A DNA stretch of 14,365 nt, taken from Bdellovibrionota bacterium. Its GTDB lineage: Bacteria; Bdellovibrionota_C; UBA2361; OMIW01. A program made the position numbers and the translations under genes. Shown here one piece after another: positions 7,348-14,365 of the stretch. The stretch spans positions 1-14,365 of the forward strand of contig JBIJBT010000072.1 in the NCBI GenBank assembly GCA_044345055.1. The letters are read 5' to 3'. The notes beneath the pieces were generated by a model. The model was not told the DNA's origin, searched no databases, and was given only the letters and a program-made list of their open reading frames with translations. The stretch's first letter is position 1. Every line of letters starts with the position of its first letter.

Positions 7348-8583
7348 ATGAAGACGCGGTCGACATCTCTGTTTTCGCTTTGGTATGCCCTCGGGGCGAG
7401 CCTCGTGCTCGCCGTTGTAGGGGCTATTTGGATGGGGATCCGCTTGACTCGAACTTCGAGCGTGGTAAGCGAACGACCCATCACTCCCGAAACTGCTCTA
7501 GTGCGATATGTGCCACCTCCGCTCCGTGATACGGGCGAACCGGAGTCGCTGATTCGGGCAATCGATCATTCCTTGAGCTATTTCCGCCAACTTTCTCCCG
7601 CCACGGAGCGGCGGTTTGGAAATGATCTTGTTCCTGTTTCTGCAATCATTGAGACCCTCGAAGATCTTAAGGCTAGACTACAGCAAGAAGGTTTCTCTCC
7701 CAATTTTTTCCGTTATCTCAACGAAAACTACTATTTCTACAAAGCGTCTTCAGAGAGAGGTATTATCACGGGATACTATGAGGCAGAGGTCGAGGGTTCG
7801 ACCGTGCCCGATGAAGTATATCGGTTCCCACTCTATGCCCCTCCGCCGGACCTCGTTCGACTCCGAGAACCTGCGCTCAGTCTGCGGGTTGGCGATCCAG
7901 CCCCTGAAAGGGTCGGTCGTTTAACATCGAATGGCGAAATCATCCCCTACTACTCTCGGCGTGAGATCGATGCCGGTGGCATGCTCAAAGGCAAAGGGCT
8001 CGAAATCGTCTACCTAAAAGATCCGATAGATCGATTTTTTATCCATATTCAGGGCTCTGCAACGATTGTATTGGAAAATGGAGAACGGATGCGTGTGGGG
8101 TTTGCGGCCAAAAATGGACTCCCCTACCGTCCGATCGGCCGAGTGCTGGTTGAGCGAGGTATAGTGCCTCTTGAAAAGATATCGATGCAGGCGATTCGTG
8201 AGTATCTTCGCGCTCATCCGGAGGAACACGATGAAATTTTTAGCTATAATGAAAGCTATGTATTTTTTCGTCCCCTTCAAGAGGGTCCAGTTGGTAGCAT
8301 CGGAGTACCGATAACACCATACCGCACGATTGCAACCGATGCTCGTCTCTTCCCACCCGGAGCGCTTGCTTTTCTTATCACTGATCTTCCCCATTCCGTC
8401 GAAGGAGAAGCAAGTGTAACGAGCCGGACCTTTAATGGATTAGTGCTAAATCAGGATGCTGGTGATGCGATTAAAGGGGCTGGACGGGTGGATCTCTTCA
8501 CCGGACGAGGTTCTGAGAGTGAGGATGTAGCTGGTCTCATGAAGCAATCGGGTGTCCTCTATTTTTTACTTAAGAAACGGTGA
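7348..8583 (+). CDS. mltA: Lytic murein transglycosylase A (MltA + 3D domain), N-terminal transmembrane anchor
   Basis: ITGYYE, DRFFIHIQGSA, NGLPYRPIG, NESYVFF, TIATD, QDAGDAIKGAGRVDLFTG (three conserved Asp of the 3D domain). Confidence 0.92.
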   Translation: MKTRSTSLFSLWYALGASLVLAVVGAIWMGIRLTRTSSVVSERPITPETALVRYVPPPLRDTGEPESLIRAIDHSLSYFRQLSPATERRFGNDLVPVSAIIETLEDLKARLQQEGFSPNFFRYLNENYYFYKASSERGIITGYYEAEVEGSTVPDEVYRFPLYAPPPDLVRLREPALSLRVGDPAPERVGRLTSNGEIIPYYSRREIDAGGMLKGKGLEIVYLKDPIDRFFIHIQGSATIVLENGERMRVGFAAKNGLPYRPIGRVLVERGIVPLEKISMQAIREYLRAHPEEHDEIFSYNESYVFFRPLQEGPVGSIGVPITPYRTIATDARLFPPGALAFLITDLPHSVEGEASVTSRTFNGLVLNQDAGDAIKGAGRVDLFTGRGSESEDVAGLMKQSGVLYFLLKKR

Positions 8584-8631
8584 CTCTTTGAGGGCGGAGA
8601 GTCTCTCTTGAGAAGTGATGTAAGGTAATAA

Positions 8632-9177
8632 ATGAAGCTCGTGCTTAAATCGTCCCTTGCGGTGATATTGCTCATATTCGTGGCGACAGCGGGAATTTTT
8701 TTCTCCGTGTATCAACAGGTAAAGTTGATTGATGTTGCGCTCGAAAGCGTGCACGCGCAGGACGATGAAATCAAAGAGGAGGAAAAGCAGTTTCTCGCTA
8801 AATCGTCCCAATTACTCTCTCAAAATGAAGAGTTCGTGAAAAGCATAACTGAATTTTCGAACTTTACGGGAGAAGAGAACGATAGGCAGCGGCGGTTTGT
8901 GTGGTTATCTGGGAATGTGATGTCCCAGCTCTTTGTGGAAGCAAAACCTGCCTCAGAGATCGCTCCCCTCGAGCGGCATCTTAATAAAAGATCTCGGCTC
9001 GTTCGGGATTTTGAACAACGATTTGTAACCTATCAGAGTCTCTGCGCTGCTGGGTGGCGAGCATCCTTTGTTCGGATGCTCGGCCGTTGTCACGATGTTG
9101 CTACAGAGCTTACCGCAAATCCCCCTGCCACTCCCCCTTCTCGAGAAGGAAACGTTTCTCCCCAGAGCGCAGAGTAG
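8632..9177 (+). CDS. Membrane-anchored helical protein, probably a divergent LemA-like protein
   Basis: N-terminal hydrophobic helix, then YQQVKLIDVALESVHAQ and C-terminal LVRDFEQRFVTYQSLCAAGWRASFVRMLG, matching LemA spacing by eye; 181 aa; AAGGT upstream. Confidence is for the CDS; the LemA call is weaker. Confidence 0.65.
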   Translation: MKLVLKSSLAVILLIFVATAGIFFSVYQQVKLIDVALESVHAQDDEIKEEEKQFLAKSSQLLSQNEEFVKSITEFSNFTGEENDRQRRFVWLSGNVMSQLFVEAKPASEIAPLERHLNKRSRLVRDFEQRFVTYQSLCAAGWRASFVRMLGRCHDVATELTANPPATPPSREGNVSPQSAE

Positions 9178-10366
9178 CACGCACATCAACCGTATCATCC
9201 GAGATCATGAAATCAGTGTGAACGAGGCTGTCGTTGCACCCAATCGACTCTCGCTCCTCTTTTGACATCTCCGGCCCACCCTCAAGACAGTAGTGATATG
9301 CAGAGCCCACTGCAAAGTGACATGCAGCATTTTCATCAAAAAGGATCTCCTCAAATAGGAGCCCACTCCGATAGATCGGAGAATCAACTCCCACGAGGGC
9401 AATCTCACCCAGCCGTCGCGCCCCAACATCTGAATCGAGATAAGCATCGAGTGTCTCTTTGCCTGATGATGCTTCCGTTCGAACTATGGTCCCTTCAGAA
9501 AATTCAAGGACGATATCTCGAACAAGCACTCCGTTTATCGTTACAGGCCGTGTAACTCGCGCTACACCGTGAGTTTCGCGCCAATCGGGTGTCGTAAAAC
9601 ATTCCTCAGTCGGAATATTCGCTTCATACAGCGCCCCTCGAACGGAGTGTTTTGCACCTCCGACAAAGCGAGCTTTCGGTGAGAGACCGACAGTAAGATC
9701 AGTTCCCGGACCGGTAATGTGGAGCGACGCAATGTTGAGGGAATTCAGTAGCCGCTCTCTTCGCGAGAGTGCATTGTTGTGAGCCTCCCACCGCTCGAGA
9801 TAATCGGGTGTGTCGACGCGAGTGATACGAAATATCTCATCCCAGAGCCGTACATGTGCCTCCTCTGGGGCAAGCTCGGGAAAAACGCGAGACGCCCATC
9901 CGGGAGTCGAACCTGCACATATCGTCCACTGGACAAGATTTTTCGAGATACCCTCATCATAAAACCGCTTCAGCGCTCGGCGCGCCCCGATTTCAGCCCG
10001 ATTTACTCTATTTGGATCGAGCTCACTCATGAGCAGAGGATCTTCTTCGCCGACGATGCGGCAGGTTGCGCCACGTTGATCTACAAGCTCATTAAACCGA
10101 GCACGCTGCGCCTCAGAGACAGTATCGAGATCCTCATCGGAGCTTGAAACAACTCTCTCATAGCCGAGTCGCGGTTCTATAAGATCCATCTGTACGAGCT
10201 TGGCACCCTTCTGGTACGCCCGCCGCGCAATTCGAAACATCAGCTCGCGATGAATAACCTCTCCTCGAACTGCAACGATCTGCCCGGGCTGAACATTCAT
10301 CCCAACCGTTGCAACGAGGTCAGCGTAGCGATCCAGTAATACAGAGAATGAGGCTAGGTCGTTCAT
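9110..10366 (-). CDS. Aminopeptidase, peptidase family M29 (AmpS/AmpT/PepS type), 418 aa
   Basis: GMNVQPGQ, GPGTDLTVGL, ANIPTEECFTTP, RRLGEIALV, LFDENAACHFAVGSAY, NDSLVHTDFMI. Start placed at ATG 10366 (GGAG 7 nt upstream) rather than 10393. Confidence 0.93.
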   Translation of the reverse strand: MNDLASFSVLLDRYADLVATVGMNVQPGQIVAVRGEVIHRELMFRIARRAYQKGAKLVQMDLIEPRLGYERVVSSSDEDLDTVSEAQRARFNELVDQRGATCRIVGEEDPLLMSELDPNRVNRAEIGARRALKRFYDEGISKNLVQWTICAGSTPGWASRVFPELAPEEAHVRLWDEIFRITRVDTPDYLERWEAHNNALSRRERLLNSLNIASLHITGPGTDLTVGLSPKARFVGGAKHSVRGALYEANIPTEECFTTPDWRETHGVARVTRPVTINGVLVRDIVLEFSEGTIVRTEASSGKETLDAYLDSDVGARRLGEIALVGVDSPIYRSGLLFEEILFDENAACHFAVGSAYHYCLEGGPEMSKEERESIGCNDSLVHTDFMISDDTVDVRATLRSGEKRFLLEKGEWQGDLR

Positions 10367-10545
10367 TGGGAAGCTCCAAAAGCTAATGTTCAACAGATGG
10401 CAGGCGCTATATGACTAACGGCACCCCCGTCAGCCAACAGCTCCGACACGGTCAGTACCGTACCTTGAGCGGACACCTACCGCCAGTAGCTGGCATTAAA
10501 AAGCAGCTAATTTGTCGATGATTCCGGCAGTTACAGTGAGCAAAA

Positions 10546-10603
10546 AGGTGCCTGGCACCATAATCGGGTCCCCTCTGCTACTTCATTATGGTGCCAGGCA
10601 CCT
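10546..10603. repeat. REP-doublet-like palindrome
   Basis: Perfect 19-bp inverted repeat AGGTGCCTGGCACCATAAT (10546-10564) / ATTATGGTGCCAGGCACCT (10585-10603) with a 20-nt spacer; each arm is itself palindromic (GGTGC-CWG-GCACC). Confidence 0.8.
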
Positions 10604-10734
10604 CGACCAATCCGAAAACAAGTGCGACATGCAGCGAAATTTAGCCATAACCTAGTTTTAGTGGATTTCGGTTTCGGTCTCGAAATCGGGGGAGATAGAG
10701 GGTCTTTAAGAGATGCTTGCGCAGGCTTCTCTAA

Positions 10735-10919
10735 GAGGCTGCGAAATAAGGGGGTTCGAGGCGAGGGTGCCGCTGCTTTGGCTCAGACTCGATTCGAAAG
10801 GACGAGGAAAAACCGGAGAAATATCAGGCATATTTTGAGGATTTTTCCTCGTCCTTTCGAATCGATGTATGGGCCGAATGAGCGGTGCCATCGTCCGAAA
10901 GCCCTTATTTCGCAGCCTC
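10735..10919 (-). mobile_element. MITE-like non-autonomous element, copy 2 (185 bp, inverted relative to copy 1)
   Basis: Reverse complement matches 173-357 with 8 substitutions and no gaps by my manual alignment. 18-bp perfect TIR; 24-bp internal inverted repeat at 10789-10812/10842-10865; flanks TAA / AAA. Confidence 0.85.
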
Positions 10920-10981
10920 AAAGATTACGAAGGGGTGCATCTCCCGATTTGTAATAAGTTTTTGAGGATTGAGGGAGTTAT

Positions 10982-11305
10982 ATGTCTTTTGATTTTCAGG
11001 GAAGCGAAGGAACAGCGGGTCGGTTTCCGCATATCGATGGAAGCTATCAATCAAGCAGCGCGGCAAGCCCTATGGGAGAGCTGATGCGGGCAATGGTTTT
11101 GCGGGTAGTCGATGATGTGCGCGCAGGTGGTGAGCTGCGAGAAGATGCGCTTGCTTACATGGATTCAACGGTAGAGGAAGGCGCAGAAGATTACGTTCTC
11201 TCATTTAGAAACGTCGCTGCTTATTTGGGTATATGTCCAAAGCGGCTACGAAGCGCCATATTAGATCCAATGCGCTCAATTAGTACCCGACGAAGAGCTG
11301 CCTAA
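10982..11305 (+). CDS. Small helical hypothetical protein (107 aa), possible DNA-binding or regulatory protein
   Basis: SD GAGGGAG at 10971-10977; amphipathic helices ELMRAMVLRVVDD...EDALAYM...YVLSFRNVAAYLGICPKRLRSAIL; basic tail RRRAA. Confidence 0.75.
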   Translation: MSFDFQGSEGTAGRFPHIDGSYQSSSAASPMGELMRAMVLRVVDDVRAGGELREDALAYMDSTVEEGAEDYVLSFRNVAAYLGICPKRLRSAILDPMRSISTRRRAA

Positions 11306-11343
11306 ACGGTAGTGTGGCGGAGTGAGAGGTAAAAAAGAGAGGG

Positions 11344-11405
11344 GATGGGGACCGGGGCGGGTACGGGTTGGAACGAGGCAACCATTCAGCCAGCCCATCT
11401 TTTTT
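11344..11405 (+). terminator. Possible terminator after the 107-aa gene
   Basis: GATGGG (11344-11349) / CCCATC (11394-11399) enclose GGTTG/CAACC (11366-11370/11379-11383), followed by 6 T (11400-11405). The stem is irregular. Confidence 0.35.
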
Positions 11406-11506
11406 GTTTGAGAGGTGATCGTAGAGATTCAGAGGATTGGTCTATCAAAAATGCCTATAGTGAGTAGGAACCTCTACGCCTCTGAGATATAGATCGAGTG
11501 AGCCGC

Positions 11507-12358
11507 CTACTTCATCGAAAGCTCAAGACCCTTCATTTTAGGTGGAGGACTGCATTTGCCACGGTGCATAGCTTTTAAAAAGTGATCGATTGTCTGAACG
11601 GAAAGCCCCTCAACATTCCGTGAGAAACCACGGCCGGCAAGATTCATGTGGGTAGCACCATCGATAACCGCTAGCCACTTGCATCCCGGCTGCATATCAT
11701 AAAAAGGTTCGAGACGAGTTTTCCACGATTTTTTACCTAGCTCGTTGTCGCGAGTTCCTGTTATGAGGAGCACAGGTTTCTTGATATTTCTCCACGCATG
11801 TTCAGGGAAGATTGCTCCGACTCCCTGTGGAGATAAAGCGATATAGGCATCGAAGGAATCCTCACCGTGAATCTCAAGGTTGCTATGTCCACCTGCCTCC
11901 ATCATCACGGTTGCAGCACCCATCGAATGCCCGATAAGGAGTGATTCTGGTGCGCGACACCGTCCACGCGCCCACGCTTTTGCCGCTGCGATGTCCATTA
12001 ACCTACTTCGATATGCGCTCGCATCGGTCGTTAATTTCACTAACCCATCGGAAAGCCCGTTGCCGCGCAGGTATTTAAAAAGGGCTCGTCCGCCACTCTC
12101 CGAATGACCGACAACAACCGCTTGGTATCCTAGGCCAGATAAAGCTTCGCCTAGATACTGGTATCCCTGTTCGGATCCTCCTGCACCGGGTGAGATAATA
12201 GCAACACCCCGACACATTGAGGCCTTTGGGGAGTACCCGGAGGCAAAAACTTGCCGTTGGTCGTGCCTCCTTAACCGTATCGCTTCTTGAGCGAGGGCTA
12301 AATTGGAGGTTATGGCGATCATGAGTGCGCTGATTGAGAGCCTTAATATTATACACAT
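11507..12358 (-). CDS. Secreted alpha/beta hydrolase (dienelactone-hydrolase/esterase-like)
   Basis: SD AAAGGAG; signal peptide ending ALA-QE; SPGAGG oxyanion region; nucleophile elbow GHSMG; likely acid D in ITGTRD; likely His in GATHM. Confidence 0.88.
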   Translation of the reverse strand: MCIILRLSISALMIAITSNLALAQEAIRLRRHDQRQVFASGYSPKASMCRGVAIISPGAGGSEQGYQYLGEALSGLGYQAVVVGHSESGGRALFKYLRGNGLSDGLVKLTTDASAYRSRLMDIAAAKAWARGRCRAPESLLIGHSMGAATVMMEAGGHSNLEIHGEDSFDAYIALSPQGVGAIFPEHAWRNIKKPVLLITGTRDNELGKKSWKTRLEPFYDMQPGCKWLAVIDGATHMNLAGRGFSRNVEGLSVQTIDHFLKAMHRGKCSPPPKMKGLELSMK

Positions 12359-12541
12359 CTGCGATTCTCCTTTAGCCGCTCTTCGTGGAGTTCTCTGACT
12401 AGCAGACTTCGAGGTTCAGCATGGTCATTGAGCCACCAACAACCCCGCAATCGCCCGCGCCCTACTGCGAGTGGATGTTTTTCGTCCTACGAATCACCTA
12501 GTCTACTTATATCTTAAACGCACCTCTCTCTTGTGCTCCGA

Positions 12542-13969
12542 TCACGATTCCTCTCCCACCCCACGAAACAACTCAATTGCAAACCCTTTTGCCTCAGCGT
12601 GATCAACGATGAGCGGCGGATATCCGCGCGGACGGGGGGCGCTCGGCTCTGCCAATCGATGAATCGCCGCTGCGGACCAACCCGCAAATTCCGCCACCCA
12701 ACGTTTTATGTAAACCGCTTCCGTGTCGAACTTTTTCTGCTGGAGCCATGGATTGAAAATTCGAAAATACGGTTGTGCATCGCACCCAGTCGATGCCGCC
12801 CATTGCCAACTACCATTATTAACAGCTGGGTCGTATTCCGTAAGGTGCTGCGCGAACAATGCCTCACCCATTCGCCACGATTGATGGAGATCTTTTGTTA
12901 GAAACGAAGCAACAATCATTCTTACCCGATTGTGCATGTATCCTGTCGCTTGAAGCTCCCGCATTCCGGCATCAATGATCGGATATCCGGTCATCCCCGC
13001 GGACCACCGCGCCATCTTTTCACTATCTTCTTCCCACGGTATGCGATCGTACCGACGATGAAATGCTCCTGAAAAAACATGGGGGAAATGCCACGCGATG
13101 TGAGTGAAAAAATCGCGCCAAAATAGCTCGCGAATAAACGAATGTGAAATACCGAGTGCATCTGCAGCGGTCCAATATACTTCTCGTATAGAGACGGTTC
13201 CAAACTTATTATGAGGAGAAAGGATCGAGGTTTTATCAAGAGCCGGAAAATCTCTCACTGAACCGTAATCTGAAAAACGAGGGACGCGGGCCAGCGTTGC
13301 GATCGCTGCATTTCGTCCCCCTGTACTCCGCCGTTGCGGCGCACCGCCCCCCGCTTCACGCACTAGCTCGCGATACCGCTCGAGCGAAGTCAACGCAAAC
13401 TGGCCCGCTGCTCCGCCCTCCGCAATCACCCCTGCTGGCACCCGCCCCCACGGGCACCCTGCCTCAAACGGAATTGGCCGCCTCACCTCCTCTTGCACCG
13501 CTCGCTTGTAAAACGGAGTAAATACCGTGTACGGCGTGCGGTCAGGTTTGCCAAAAACACTCGGTTCAACAAGAAGCGCGTCAGAGAGGCTGTGAAACCC
13601 AATCCCCGCCGTATCACAGCTCGCCGCTATCTGCCGATCTCGATCGCGACTATACGGGGTGTAATCTTTGTTCACATACACCGCATCAATCACCCCGCGC
13701 GCCGCAAGAGCTGCCACCACCTCGTGCGGTTCTCCATGAAAGAGATGAAGGTCTCCGCCATCACGCGCAATCTGCTCTCCAAGCTCCGCAAGTGACTCGA
13801 GCATAAAGCCGAGCCCATTAATAGAGCGGAATCGGTGCGAGGAGGTCTGCGTGTCGGTAAAGATGAAGCAAGGAATAATCGAGCGCGAACGAGAACGGGC
13901 GGCAAGCAGTGCCGTGTTATCGTCAAGCCGGAGATCACGGCGGAAAATTAAGAGGGAGCTGCGGGTCAT
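12542..13969 (-). CDS. phrB: Deoxyribodipyrimidine photolyase (class I CPD photolyase)
   Basis: IFRRDLRLDDNTAL, PYTVFTPFY, TSILSPH, ELFWRDFF, TGYPIIDAGMREL..TGYMHNRVRMIVASFLTKDL, NNGSWQW, YFRIFNP. Confidence 0.95.
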   Translation of the reverse strand: MTRSSLLIFRRDLRLDDNTALLAARSRSRSIIPCFIFTDTQTSSHRFRSINGLGFMLESLAELGEQIARDGGDLHLFHGEPHEVVAALAARGVIDAVYVNKDYTPYSRDRDRQIAASCDTAGIGFHSLSDALLVEPSVFGKPDRTPYTVFTPFYKRAVQEEVRRPIPFEAGCPWGRVPAGVIAEGGAAGQFALTSLERYRELVREAGGGAPQRRSTGGRNAAIATLARVPRFSDYGSVRDFPALDKTSILSPHNKFGTVSIREVYWTAADALGISHSFIRELFWRDFFTHIAWHFPHVFSGAFHRRYDRIPWEEDSEKMARWSAGMTGYPIIDAGMRELQATGYMHNRVRMIVASFLTKDLHQSWRMGEALFAQHLTEYDPAVNNGSWQWAASTGCDAQPYFRIFNPWLQQKKFDTEAVYIKRWVAEFAGWSAAAIHRLAEPSAPRPRGYPPLIVDHAEAKGFAIELFRGVGEES

Positions 13970-14106
13970 GGCGAGGAATAAGAAAAATACCAGTGGACGA
14001 GCAGACAGGGTAAGCGATACTCATCATCGGAGGAAAGTCCTTGCTTCCCGTCAACGCGTCGATAATCCCCTCTTCGATCCACCGTGTCTGGAGCTTTAGC
14101 CTAAGA

Positions 14107-14365
14107 TCAATCTTTTTCGCCCGCTATCTCGAGGACTGCGTCCACCTCCTCGAGGCTGACCCCCGCAGAAATAGCGATTTCATCTCTGCTGAGACCTTTG
14201 GCTAGGAGGTTCCTTGCAAGGCGTTGGAGTAATTCGCGGCGCCCTTCCTGACGCCCACGCTCTACACCTACCCTCTCAGCCCACTGCACCTCCCACAGGT
14301 GCTGCTTGACCTCTCCAACCAAACACCGCAGCTGGTCCTCGAACGCCTCGTACGCCCGACGCTCG
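14107..14365 (-). CDS. 3' end (partial) of an Rpn-family / PD-(D/E)XK nuclease-transposase-like protein
   Basis: The frame stays open to the window edge: ERRAYEAFEDQLRCLVGEVKQHLWEVQWAERVGVERGRQEGRRELLQRLARNLLAKGLSRDEIAISAGVSLEEVDAVLEIAGEKD*. ER..YE, the EG-type repeat and ARNLLAKG.S.DEIA...GVSLEEV are the typical Rpn-like C-terminus. The nuclease domain is outside the window. Confidence 0.7.
   Translation of the reverse strand, partial: ERRAYEAFEDQLRCLVGEVKQHLWEVQWAERVGVERGRQEGRRELLQRLARNLLAKGLSRDEIAISAGVSLEEVDAVLEIAGEKD

Noticed and set aside
10664..10687. 7-bp inverted repeat GATTTCG/CGAAATC
   Set aside because: Short, no U tract, within chance expectation.
173..10919. Composite transposon carrying the ilv-leu operon
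   Set aside because: Copy 1 has its own TTA duplication, the outer flanks (TTA vs AAA) do not match, no transposase is inside, and the cargo is housekeeping. Independent insertions are simpler.
1023..14099. Remaining short ORFs overlapping the main genes on either strand
   Set aside because: Shadow frames of well-supported genes, without motifs or independent start signals.

Overview
Bacterial chromosomal window, mostly housekeeping genes. A branched-chain amino acid operon (ilvB-ilvN-ilvC-leuA-leuB, 790-7055) is preceded by a complete ribosome-dependent attenuator missed by the ORF track: a 44-aa leader with a VLLVVVLL run, an antiterminator and a terminator. Downstream lie mltA, a divergent LemA-like membrane protein, an M29 aminopeptidase (- strand), a 107-aa hypothetical protein, a secreted alpha/beta hydrolase (-), a class I CPD photolyase (-) and the 3' end of an Rpn/PD-(D/E)XK-type gene (-). 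The most unusual DNA is non-coding. Two inverted copies of a 185-bp MITE-like element (173-357, 10735-10919) each have terminal inverted repeats and a perfect 24-bp internal stem, with a compensatory base-pair change between copies; copy 1 replaces the last codons of a gene without changing its length. There is also a REP-doublet-like palindrome, an intra-operon hairpin and a G-quadruplex-type motif. I see no convincing novel multi-gene system. Family assignments come from motif recognition, not database searches.
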